A DNA stretch of 64,000 nt from Thermoplasmata archaeon (GTDB lineage: Archaea; Thermoplasmatota; Thermoplasmata; Lutacidiplasmatales; UBA184). The position numbers and the translations under genes are program-made. The stretch lies in assembly GCA_027365105.1 (NCBI GenBank), contig DAHXNZ010000002.1:85916-149915 (forward strand), read 5' to 3'. Positions 30,323-39,243 of the stretch are shown piece after piece (within the stretch, counting starts at the first letter, position 1; every line of letters starts with the position of its first letter). The notes beneath the pieces were generated by a model, which saw nothing but the letters and a program-made list of their open reading frames with translations, ran no database searches and had not been told where the DNA came from.

Positions 30323-32152
30323 ATGCCGTTCGATCCGGTCGGACCGATCCGCGACGGCCCCGATCGCTTCCGTCTGGTCGTCTGGGCTCCCCGGGCCGAG
30401 TCGGTCGCCCTGGTGGTCACCCCCGGATCCGAGGAGATCCGGCTGGACCGACGCGCCCACGGGTACTTCGAAGGGGAGCTGTCCGGCGTCACTCCCGCCA
30501 CCCGCTACGGCTTTCGCCTCGATGGCGGGCCGGTCCGAGCCGATCCGGCCTCCCGCTCTCAGCCGGAGGGCGTCCACGGGCTCTCGGCGTTCGATTTCGG
30601 GGAACCTCTCGATGACCGGGACCGGGCCGGGGCCCGGAGCCTGGCCCACTATGTCTACTACGAGCTCCATGTCGGGACCTGGACACCCGAGGGGACTCTC
30701 GGCGCGGCCGCCCGGCGCCTCCCCGAGCTCGCCGATCTCGGGGTGACCGCGGTCGAACTGATGCCGGTGGGACAGTTCCCCGGACGGCGCAACTGGGGGT
30801 ACGACGGGGTCTTCCCGTGGGCGGTGCAGAACACCTACGGGGGACCCGACGGACTCCGGAGCTTCGTGGCGTCGGCGCATGCCCTCGACCTCTCGGTGGT
30901 CCTCGATGTCGTCTTGAACCATCTCGGGCCCGAAGGCAACGTGCTGCCGGAGTTCGGACCGTATTTCGTTGAGGCGAACCGGACCCCCTGGGGGCCCGCG
31001 GTGAACCTCGACGGCCCGGGCAGCGAGGAGGGCCGACGGTACTGGGGCGGCCTCGTGTTTCACTGGATCGGACGGTTCGGGATCGATGCGCTCCGCCTCG
31101 ATGCGGTCCACGCCCTTGTCGATCGATCCGCCCGGCCGTTCCTGGGCGAAGTGGCCCAGGCGGTGGCCGAGCGGAACCGTCGGGCCCGTCGGCCGGCCTG
31201 GCTGATCGCCGAGAGCGATCTCAACGACGCGCGCCTCCTGAAGTCGCCCGCCTCCGGCGGCTTCGGGCTGATGGCTCAGTGGGCCGACGACTTCCACCAC
31301 GCCCTCCACGCGGCGCTGACCGGTGAGCGGGCCGGCTACTACGCGGACTTCGGTTCGCTCGCCGATGTCGCGGTCGCGCTCGGGCGGCCGTTCGTCTACG
31401 ACGGGCGGTACTCGACCTACCGGGGCCGCCGCCACGGAAACTCTCCCGAGGGCCTCGCGGCTTGGAGGTTCGTGTCGGCCCTGCAGAACCACGACCAGAT
31501 CGGCAATCGACTTGGAGGGGAGCGGCTCGCCGCCCTCGTGCCCTACGAACGGCTGAAGGTCGCGGTCGCCCTGCACCTGCTGGCCCCCTGGAGGCCGCTC
31601 ATCTTCCAGGGGGAGGAGTGGGCGAGCCGGGCGCCGTTCTGGTACTTCACCGATCACTCGGAACCGGCGGTCATCGCCGGCCTTCGGGAGGGGCGTCGGC
31701 GCGAGTTCGAGGCGTTCGGCTGGGACCGACCGGTGCCGGATCCCCAGGACCCCCGGTACTTCGAGGCGAGCCGGTGGGACGCGCCCGGCGCGCTCCCTCC
31801 CGAGGCGGCCGCCCATCGATCGCTGGTCCGGGAGCTCCTCCGGCTGCGCCGGTCGACCCCGGCGCTTGACTCCGAGGGATCGACGACCGCGCTCGCGTGG
31901 GTCGAGGACGACCGGCTCGAGGTCGTCCGGGAGTTGCCCGCCGATCGCTGGGGGTTCGTCGTGCGCCTCTCCGATCGCTCGGTGGCTCCGGCGGCCCGGT
32001 TCGATCGCCCCGGCTGGCGGACGGTGCTCGACACCGCCGACCCCCGGTGGGGCGGCCCCGGTCGCCCGGTCGGGCCGGGAGAGCCGGCCGCCGACCGGGC
32101 GATCCGCTCGCCGACCCCGCCGCAGTTCCTTCTCCTCCACGAGGCGGGGTGA
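30323..32152 (+). CDS. treZ: malto-oligosyltrehalose trehalohydrolase TreZ
   Basis: FRLVVWAPRAESVALV...YELHVGTWTPEGT...GVTAVELMPV.QFPG.RNWGYDGV...VVLDVVLNHLGPEGN...IDALRLDAVHAL... Confidence 0.9.
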   Translation: MPFDPVGPIRDGPDRFRLVVWAPRAESVALVVTPGSEEIRLDRRAHGYFEGELSGVTPATRYGFRLDGGPVRADPASRSQPEGVHGLSAFDFGEPLDDRDRAGARSLAHYVYYELHVGTWTPEGTLGAAARRLPELADLGVTAVELMPVGQFPGRRNWGYDGVFPWAVQNTYGGPDGLRSFVASAHALDLSVVLDVVLNHLGPEGNVLPEFGPYFVEANRTPWGPAVNLDGPGSEEGRRYWGGLVFHWIGRFGIDALRLDAVHALVDRSARPFLGEVAQAVAERNRRARRPAWLIAESDLNDARLLKSPASGGFGLMAQWADDFHHALHAALTGERAGYYADFGSLADVAVALGRPFVYDGRYSTYRGRRHGNSPEGLAAWRFVSALQNHDQIGNRLGGERLAALVPYERLKVAVALHLLAPWRPLIFQGEEWASRAPFWYFTDHSEPAVIAGLREGRRREFEAFGWDRPVPDPQDPRYFEASRWDAPGALPPEAAAHRSLVRELLRLRRSTPALDSEGSTTALAWVEDDRLEVVRELPADRWGFVVRLSDRSVAPAARFDRPGWRTVLDTADPRWGGPGRPVGPGEPAADRAIRSPTPPQFLLLHEAG

Positions 32153-32157
32153 TCCCG

Positions 32158-34596
32158 ATGGACCGATTCGTCTGCATCCATGGCCACTTTTACCAGCCCC
32201 CGCGAGAGAACCCCTGGCTCGAGCGGGTCGAGGTCCAGGACTCGGCGGCCCCCTACCACGACTGGAACGAGCGGATCACCGCCGAGTGCTACGGGCCGAA
32301 CACCCGTTCCCGGATCATGGATCCGGAGGGCCGCACGCTCCGGATCGTCAACAACTTCGCCTCGATCTCCTTCGACATCGGCCCGACCCTTCTCTCCTGG
32401 CTCGAGACGGAGGCTGCCGAAGTGTACGAGCGGATCCTGGCGGCCGATCGGGAGAGCCGGCGGCGCTTCGGCGGCCACGGCTCCGCGATGGCCCAGTCGT
32501 TCAACCACACCATCCTGCCGCTGGCCTCTCCCGACGACCGGCGCCTGCAGATCCGTTGGGGACTCATGGACTTCGAATCCCGGTTTGGTCGACCGGCCGA
32601 GGGCCTGTGGCTCCCCGAGACGGCGGTCAGCACCCCCGTGCTCGAGGCCCTCGCCGAGGCGGGGGTTGAGTTCACGGTCCTGGCCCCGACCCAGGCCCGC
32701 CGGATCCGACCGCTTTCGGGCGGGGAGTGGACCGACGTTTCGGGGGGGCGGATCGATCCCACGACCGCGTACCGGGCGCTCCTCCCCTCGGGCCGGTCGA
32801 TCGACCTGTTCTTCTACGACGGGCCCATCTCCCACGCCCTCGCCTTCGAACGGCTGCTCGACAGCGGCGAGGCGTTCGCCCGGCGGCTCACCGGAGCCTT
32901 TTCCGAGGACGGCGCCGCGCGGCCGTGGCCTCAGCTGGTGCACGTCGCCACGGACGGCGAGACCTACGGCCACCATCACCGCTACGGGGACATGGCGCTC
33001 GCCTACGCGCTCCACCTCCTCGACTCGGGCGGCGCGGTCCGGCTCACCAACTACGCCGAATACCGTCACCGGGTCCCCCCCCGCTTCCAGGTCGAGATCG
33101 TCGAGAACACCGCCTGGAGCTGCGCGCACGGGGTCGATCGATGGCGGGCCGACTGCGGCTGCTCGAGCGGCGAACACCCGGGCTGGAACCAGGCCTGGCG
33201 GGCGCCGCTCCGATCGGCGTTCGACGGACTCCGGGACCGGCTCGATCCGCTCTACCGCTCGGTGGCGGCCGAGCTGCTCCGGGATCCGCGGGAGGCCCGC
33301 GAGGAGTACCTGCGCGTCGCGCTCGACCGCTCCGACGCTCGGCGCGAGGAGTTCCTGGCCCGTCAGGGGCGCCGCCCGCTCGGCCCGGAGGAGCGGATCC
33401 GGGTCTGGAAACTGCTCGAGATGGAGCGCCACCTCCAGCTCATGTACACGAGCTGCGGCTGGTTCTTCGATGAGGTCTCTGGGCTCGAGAGCTCTCAGGT
33501 GATCCAGTACGCCGGCCGGGCGGCCCAGTTGGCCGGCGAGCTGGGGGACGGGGGCGCCGAAGCCGCCCTGGTCGAATCGCTGCGGTCGGTGCCGAGCAAC
33601 CTCCCCGAGATCGGGACGGCCGCCTCCGTCTACGACCGGTTCGTCCGGCCGACGTCGGTCGATCTGCTGAAGGTCTGTGCCCATTACGCGGTCAGCTCGC
33701 TCTTCGAAGCGTACGGGCCGCGCACGGCGATCGACGCGTTCTGGGTCGATCGACGGGAGGAAGTCCACCGACAGATCGGCGGGGCGCGGCTCGCGGTCGG
33801 GGTCGTCGAGGTGACGAGCGCGGTCACTACCGAGTCGTCGGAGATCACCTATGGGGTGATCCACCTCGGCGGGCTCAACCTTCTGGGGGGTGCCCGGACG
33901 TTCCGGGGCCGCGAGGCGTTCCACGACCTGGTCGTCACCCTGGACGCCCAGTTCGAAATGGGTGACCTCCCGGGCGTCCTCGAGAGCCTGACCCGCCGGT
34001 TCGACGGGCTCCAGTACTCCCTCCGTTCGCTCTTCCGCGACCGGCAGCGGCAGGTCGTCCACCAGATCATGGACGGGGTCCTCGCCGGGGCCGAGCAGTC
34101 ACTGCGGCAGGTCTACCTCAGCAGCGCCCCGCTCCTCCGGTTCCTCTCGGCCCAGCGGATCCCGTTCCCGCCGGTCTTTCGGACCGCGCTCCACTACACC
34201 CTCAACGCCGACCTCCGGGAAGAGTTCGGACGTCGGCCGCTGAGGGTCGACCGGATCCGTTCGCTCCTCGACGAAGCTCGACGATGGAACACGCCGATCG
34301 AGGGCGATCAGATGGGCTTCGCGCCCCGGCGGGCCCTGGAGACCCTGCTGGCCGAACTCCTCCGAGCGCCCACCGACCTGGAGCGGCTCCGCGAGGCCGT
34401 GACCCTCGCAGAGATCGTGGCCGCGCTGCCGTACTCCGTCGACCTGGGCACTTCCCAGAACCTCCTCTACGATCTGGTCATCGACCACTGGGAGCCCCAG
34501 CACCGGCGGGCGGCGGACGGCGACCCGGCGGCCCGGGAGTGGACCGGCGCGATCGCGACCCTCGCGGAACAGCTGAGGCTCCGACTGCCTTCATGA
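32158..34596 (+). CDS. glycoside hydrolase family 57 protein with a long C-terminal (DUF3536-like) extension
   Basis: GH57 conserved regions are present: CIHGHFYQPPRENPW, GLWLPETAV (nucleophile Glu) and HVATDGETYGHHHR (acid/base Asp). 812 aa. Start at 32158 (MDRFVCIHGH). ATGA overlap with treY. Confidence 0.85.
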   Translation: MDRFVCIHGHFYQPPRENPWLERVEVQDSAAPYHDWNERITAECYGPNTRSRIMDPEGRTLRIVNNFASISFDIGPTLLSWLETEAAEVYERILAADRESRRRFGGHGSAMAQSFNHTILPLASPDDRRLQIRWGLMDFESRFGRPAEGLWLPETAVSTPVLEALAEAGVEFTVLAPTQARRIRPLSGGEWTDVSGGRIDPTTAYRALLPSGRSIDLFFYDGPISHALAFERLLDSGEAFARRLTGAFSEDGAARPWPQLVHVATDGETYGHHHRYGDMALAYALHLLDSGGAVRLTNYAEYRHRVPPRFQVEIVENTAWSCAHGVDRWRADCGCSSGEHPGWNQAWRAPLRSAFDGLRDRLDPLYRSVAAELLRDPREAREEYLRVALDRSDARREEFLARQGRRPLGPEERIRVWKLLEMERHLQLMYTSCGWFFDEVSGLESSQVIQYAGRAAQLAGELGDGGAEAALVESLRSVPSNLPEIGTAASVYDRFVRPTSVDLLKVCAHYAVSSLFEAYGPRTAIDAFWVDRREEVHRQIGGARLAVGVVEVTSAVTTESSEITYGVIHLGGLNLLGGARTFRGREAFHDLVVTLDAQFEMGDLPGVLESLTRRFDGLQYSLRSLFRDRQRQVVHQIMDGVLAGAEQSLRQVYLSSAPLLRFLSAQRIPFPPVFRTALHYTLNADLREEFGRRPLRVDRIRSLLDEARRWNTPIEGDQMGFAPRRALETLLAELLRAPTDLERLREAVTLAEIVAALPYSVDLGTSQNLLYDLVIDHWEPQHRRAADGDPAAREWTGAIATLAEQLRLRLPS

Positions 34597-37235
34597 TCGG
34601 CCGATCGTCCCTCCCCTCGAGCCTGTACCGACTGCAGTTGAATCGGGAGATGCCCTTCGCCCGGGTGCGCGCCCTGCTGCCCTACCTGGAGGCGCTCGGG
34701 GTGGAGGGACTCTACCTCTCCCCGATCCTCGCCGCCCGTTCCGGGAGCCGGCACGGCTACGACGGGGTCGATCCGACGCGGCTCTGGGCCGATCTGGGGA
34801 CGGAGGCGGACTGGCAGAGCCTGGCCGGGGCGGCCCGGGCCCGGGGCCTGGGCCTGGTCGCCGACATCGTCCCCAACCACCTGGCGACGTCGGACGAGAA
34901 CGCCGCCTGGTGGGAGGTGCTGCGGTTCGGCCCGGCCGCGACGACCGCGCCCTGGTTCGATATCGATTGGCAGCCGCATCCGGTCACCGGTCGGCCCTGC
35001 GTGGTGCTGGCGGTCCTCCCCGCCCCCCTCCCCGAGGCGCTCCGAGACGGGGGGGTGGCCCTCCATTGGGAGGGCGCCGATCCGGTCTTCCGCACCCGGG
35101 ACGGAGCCCGGTTCCCGCTCGCTCCCGAGACGGAGGCCGAAGCCCGAGCGCTCCGGGCCGAACCCGGCCGCCCGGAGGACGGCCTCGTCGCTCGGAGACT
35201 CCACCTCCTGGATCTGCAGCACTACCGGCTCGTGCCGTACGGGGAGGGCCACCGATCGGTCAACTACCGGAGGTTCTTCCAGGTGAACGACCTCATCGGC
35301 CTCCGGGTCGAGGACCCGGCGGTCTTCGAGGCGGTCCATCGGCGGATCCTCGACTGGGTGGCCCGCGGAGATCTGGTCGGGCTGCGGGTCGACCACATCG
35401 ACGGACTGCTCGAGCCTCGGCGCTACCTCGAGCGGCTCCGGGCGGCGATCACGGCCCGGAGCCGCGGCCCCTTCGCGATCTGGGTCGAGAAGATCCTCCT
35501 CGGGAACGAGCCGCTGCGGCCCACCTGGCCGATCGAAGGGAGCACCGGTTACGACGCGCTCGCGCGGCTGACCCGGCTCTTTGTCGACCCCGCGGCCCTC
35601 GCCGAGCTCGGCCGGACCTACCGGGAGAGCGTGCCGACGGCCGATCCGCCCGAACGGACGATCGAGAGGTCCAAACGGGAGACGCTCGAGGAGTACTTCC
35701 CGGCCGACCTCGACCGGCTGGTGCGCATCGGGCTCCGCCCCGCCCCCGGAAGCCTTCCGGTCCCCCCGCCGGACAAGCTCCGGGCGGAGCTCCGGGAACT
35801 GGCGGCCGATTTTGACGTGTACCGGACCTATGTCGAATCGACCGGACCCATCGATCCTTGGGACGGCGAGGTCTGGCACCGGGCCTTCGACCGGGCCGCC
35901 GGCGGGGGGATCGCCACCGAGACGTTGCGGCGGTGGTGGACCGACTGGAGCGAGAGGTCCGAGGTCCCCCGGGAGCTGCTGCTCCGGTTCCAACAGCTTA
36001 CCGTGCCGGTGATGGCCAAAGGGGTCGAAGACCGGGCCCTCTACCGGGAGCTATTGCTCACGGCGCTCAACGAGGTCGGGATCCCGCCGGGACCGGTCGA
36101 GGACGATCCGGTGAAGGCCTTCCACCGGGACGCGGCCGAGCGGGCCCGCCGGTGGCCGAGGTCGATGGTCACGACCTCGACCCACGACACGAAGCGGAGC
36201 GAGGATGTCCGGGCCCGGCTCCTCGCCCTGGCCCAGGAGCCCGCCGGCTGGGACCGGCTCGCCCGCCAATGGCAGGAGGCCCTCCATCGGGCCCCCGGGG
36301 TCCCCGCCCTCCCGGCAGGTTCGGACGCCGCCTTCTACCTCCTCTTCCAGACGGTCGTCGGGACCTGGCCGGTCGATGGGGTTCCCACCGATCGGTACCG
36401 GAGCCGGCTGCGGGCGTACGGGGAGAAGGCGTTGCGGGAGGCCGGGTGGGTGACCCGCTGGGACCGCCCCGACCGGGCCTGGGAGCAGGCGATCCTGGAC
36501 CGGGTCGACGCTGTCGTTCAGCACGATGCCCCCTTCCGAAGGGTCCTGGCCGAGACCCGGCCGATCTGGGGATTCGGGGGAGCCCTGCTCAGCCTGGTCC
36601 AGGTGACGCTCAAGCTCACCGGGCCCGGGGTCCCGGATGTCTACCAGGGAACCGAACTGTGGGACGACTCCCTGGTGGATCCGGACAACCGCCGTCCGGT
36701 CGACTGGGTCGTGCGGGAGTCCGAACTCCGTCGCCTGAGCCCCTGGATCGACGGCGAGCAGCCGCCGATCCCCGAGCTTCTCCGCCACTGGCCGGACGGC
36801 CGGGTGAAGCTCTGGCTCACCTCCCGCCTCCTTCGGCGGCGCCGCCGGGATCCGGCACGATGGGTCGACGGAGCGTACCGCCCCTGGCCCCCGGCGGGGT
36901 GGGTCGCCTCGCCCGTCGTGGCGTTCCTGCGGGGCAGCGAGTCGGAAGGCTCGCTGGTCGTCGCGGCCCGGCTGCTCCCAGGACTCCTCCAGACGCCGCG
37001 GCGCGAAGGGCTCTGGGAGCCCCGGGCCGATCTCGGCCGCTTGGTGCTGCCCGGTCGCTCCCCCGATTGGATCGACCGGATCTCGGGACGACGCTGGTCG
37101 CTGGGATCCGACCACGCGGTTCCGATCTCGGACCTGCTCGGCGGGTTCCCGGCCGCGATCCTCGAGCCGACCGGGTCCGGTCCGGGACGGGTCAGTGGCC
37201 GCGGAGCCGGCGGGTCCAGTCGACCAGGGTCGTGA
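34593..37235 (+). CDS. treY: malto-oligosyltrehalose synthase TreY
   Basis: YRLQLNREMPFARVRALLPYLEALGVEGLYLSPILAARSGSRHGYDGVDP...DIVPNHLA...GLRVDHIDGL...STHDTKRSEDVRAR. Confidence 0.9.
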   Translation: MIGRSSLPSSLYRLQLNREMPFARVRALLPYLEALGVEGLYLSPILAARSGSRHGYDGVDPTRLWADLGTEADWQSLAGAARARGLGLVADIVPNHLATSDENAAWWEVLRFGPAATTAPWFDIDWQPHPVTGRPCVVLAVLPAPLPEALRDGGVALHWEGADPVFRTRDGARFPLAPETEAEARALRAEPGRPEDGLVARRLHLLDLQHYRLVPYGEGHRSVNYRRFFQVNDLIGLRVEDPAVFEAVHRRILDWVARGDLVGLRVDHIDGLLEPRRYLERLRAAITARSRGPFAIWVEKILLGNEPLRPTWPIEGSTGYDALARLTRLFVDPAALAELGRTYRESVPTADPPERTIERSKRETLEEYFPADLDRLVRIGLRPAPGSLPVPPPDKLRAELRELAADFDVYRTYVESTGPIDPWDGEVWHRAFDRAAGGGIATETLRRWWTDWSERSEVPRELLLRFQQLTVPVMAKGVEDRALYRELLLTALNEVGIPPGPVEDDPVKAFHRDAAERARRWPRSMVTTSTHDTKRSEDVRARLLALAQEPAGWDRLARQWQEALHRAPGVPALPAGSDAAFYLLFQTVVGTWPVDGVPTDRYRSRLRAYGEKALREAGWVTRWDRPDRAWEQAILDRVDAVVQHDAPFRRVLAETRPIWGFGGALLSLVQVTLKLTGPGVPDVYQGTELWDDSLVDPDNRRPVDWVVRESELRRLSPWIDGEQPPIPELLRHWPDGRVKLWLTSRLLRRRRRDPARWVDGAYRPWPPAGWVASPVVAFLRGSESEGSLVVAARLLPGLLQTPRREGLWEPRADLGRLVLPGRSPDWIDRISGRRWSLGSDHAVPISDLLGGFPAAILEPTGSGPGRVSGRGAGGSSRPGS

Positions 37236-37752
37236 GCAGAGCCTCGAGGTACTTCCGCCCGTCCGGATCGGTGAAGCGGCCCTGGGCATCGAACTTTTGG
37301 GGAGCGAACGTCACGAAGACCTCGGGCAGGTTGATTGGGTGCATCCCGAGGAAGACGAACGACTGGCGGAGCTGGTAGACCGCCCGGGCCCCGCCGAGGA
37401 GCCCGACGGAGGCGCTGACGGCCGCGACCGGTTTGTCCTTCCAGGAGTTGTCGGTGTAGGGGCGGGAGGCCCAGTCGATCGCGTTCTTGAGAGGACCGGC
37501 CACGCCGTAGTTGTACTCCGGCACGCCGAAGAGGATCGCATCGGCCGCTCGGATCTTCGCCTTGAACTCCACCACCTTTGCCGGAAGGCTGCCTTCGAGA
37601 TCCTGGTTGAAGACCGGGATCCCTTCGATGCTGGCCAGTTCCAAGGTGGTGTCCGGGGGCAGCATCGTCTGGCCGGCCTCGAGCAAGCGGCGGTTGAACG
37701 ACTCTCGTCGCAGGCTTCCCGGGATGCCCAAGATCTTGACCGGACTCGACAT
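37192..37752 (-). CDS. NADPH-dependent FMN reductase family protein
   Basis: KILGIPGSLRRESFNRRLL...ADAILFGVPEYNYGVAGPLKNAIDWASRP is the family signature. 3' ends converge and overlap with treY by 44 nt. Confidence 0.8.
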   Translation of the reverse strand: MSSPVKILGIPGSLRRESFNRRLLEAGQTMLPPDTTLELASIEGIPVFNQDLEGSLPAKVVEFKAKIRAADAILFGVPEYNYGVAGPLKNAIDWASRPYTDNSWKDKPVAAVSASVGLLGGARAVYQLRQSFVFLGMHPINLPEVFVTFAPQKFDAQGRFTDPDGRKYLEALLTTLVDWTRRLRGH

Positions 37753-37870
37753 TGGTTACCGACCGTTCGAGAACGCAGGGCCTATCAGGTCTTGGGGTCG
37801 GACCGGACGGCAGGTTACCCCGGCGCCACTCCCGCCGGGCGCCGAGCGACTGATCTTGGACGGGCACTAC

Positions 37871-38633
37871 CTTGTCAGGTGAGCTGGGCCGCTCTGTGGA
37901 CCCGGTTCGTCCAAGAACGTTTGACCCGTTCTGTCGGGCGCGGGGGATTTGCCGACCCCCCGTTTCCATTCGCGTGCTTCTCCCCCGTGGCTCCGCCGGA
38001 GAGCGCGGTCGCTCACCTCCCGGCTCGGGACCTGCCGAGGCTGGGGGAGGACCGCGATCCGGCCCCGGCCCAATACCTCGCGATGGCTTTGTCCCAGCCC
38101 CCCCCGCGCCTCCTTCTGTCGCGAGAGCACGGCCCGCGACACCAGCGCCCGCGCCACCTCGAAAACCACCCGGCGGCCCACTTCCCCGAGCGTGGGAAAC
38201 CGAGGCGTTCTCTTCCCCGGCGCTTCTTCCCGCGCGCGTCGCAGCCGCTCGAGGATCGGGGACGTGTGCGCGATGAGCACCGGCGTCAAGTGGTGGTTCA
38301 GGCACCGCCACCGCCGCCCCTCGATGTGGTCCGGCCCCAGCTCCATCTTCGCGTCCTCGTGAAACCGTTCGATCGCCCGGCGGCGATGAGCGATCGCCGT
38401 AAGATACTCCAACCGAGCGGACCCCGGCCCCCATCGATCCCGGCCCGCAACCCATCCGAGCGGTCCTCGAGCAGCCGCCAGCCCACCTCATCCATCGGGA
38501 TCGGGCCAGGGCCCACGGGCAGCTTCCGTCGGGTGACTCGGCCCGACGGACCGTGACCCAGTCGCTCGCCATCGACGCCCGGGCCCGAGGCATCATGGTC
38601 GAGGTACCGGGGAGGAGGTGAGGCTTGGTGGGG
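37871..38633 (-). mobile_element. truncated, frameshifted IS701/IS4-like DDE transposase fragment, repeat copy A
   Basis: The minus strand encodes ...PMDEVGWRLLEDRSDG.. and, in another frame, LEYLTAIAHRRRAIERFHEDAKMELGPDHIEGRRWRCLNHH, the C-terminal catalytic-E region typical of IS701-type transposases. It is near-identical to 45231-45992. Confidence 0.8.
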
Positions 38634-38814
38634 CGATGGCGTTGCGTCTCCCCCGGAGGCCGTTCGGTCGCTGGATCTGGCGGAACGCCCCCGTCAGAGG
38701 GGTTACGCACCCCTCGACGAAGCGGAAGTGCGCGTGCACCGCTTTCGGGATGCGTCGGATCCAACCCAGAGGCCGGGATTCCGACGTCCCACCGAAGTCT
38801 CGGCGCGGGAGGTG

Positions 38815-39222
38815 ATGAACGACACGGAGTATGCCGTGCGTGTCGTGCTTAACGGCCCGCTCTGCGATAATCCCGACCCGCCCGAGGATACGCGAAGGGC
38901 CCTGGAGGCCGAGTTCCACCAGCGGGTGGCCGATACCGGCCACTCGGGCCGCTACGTGGTCTGGCAGGAAACCACCCCGATCGGACACACGGGGCTGGCG
39001 GTCGTGGGACCCGTCGCCCGATTCTGGGGGTCGGGCATTCTTCCCGCCTACCGGGGCCGGGGCACCTACGGCGCTCTGGTTCGCGCGCGACGCAAGGAGG
39101 CCGTCCGGCAGGGGGCCGAGATCGCCCTGGTCACCGCCCGCCTCGAGACCTCGGGTCCCATCCTGAAACGGCGTGGGTTCCGAGCGCTGGGGCCGATCCA
39201 GACCTTGGATGTTCGATGGTAG
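38815..39222 (+). CDS. GNAT-family N-acetyltransferase
   Basis: GILPAYRGRGTYGALVRARRKEAVRQGAEIALVTARLETSGPILKRRGFRALG is the acetyl-CoA-binding motif A region. 135 aa from the Met at 38815. The ORF is open from 38728. Confidence 0.7.
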   Translation: MNDTEYAVRVVLNGPLCDNPDPPEDTRRALEAEFHQRVADTGHSGRYVVWQETTPIGHTGLAVVGPVARFWGSGILPAYRGRGTYGALVRARRKEAVRQGAEIALVTARLETSGPILKRRGFRALGPIQTLDVRW

Positions 39223-39243
39223 GCCCCGCGGGCTCTTGATCGC

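Noticed and set aside
28094-32140. 1348-aa minus-strand ORF
   Set aside because: It is antisense to glgB and treZ, both of which have unmistakable GH13 motifs. Its composition is Arg/Pro/Gly/Glu-rich with no domain.
31654-34062. 802-aa minus-strand ORF, plus similar long ORFs at 7745-9526, 21108-22970, 36641-38764 and 55717-57876
   Set aside because: All are antisense or out of frame relative to confidently identified genes (GH57, metG, ArsB-like permease, treY/IS fragment, aminopeptidase). All have the same low-complexity composition.
38634-38814. Continuation of the IS701-like transposase upstream of repeat copy A
   Set aside because: The two repeat copies diverge completely at this point. 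The minus-strand translation beyond it has no transposase-like motifs, and the region overlaps the start region of the GNAT gene.
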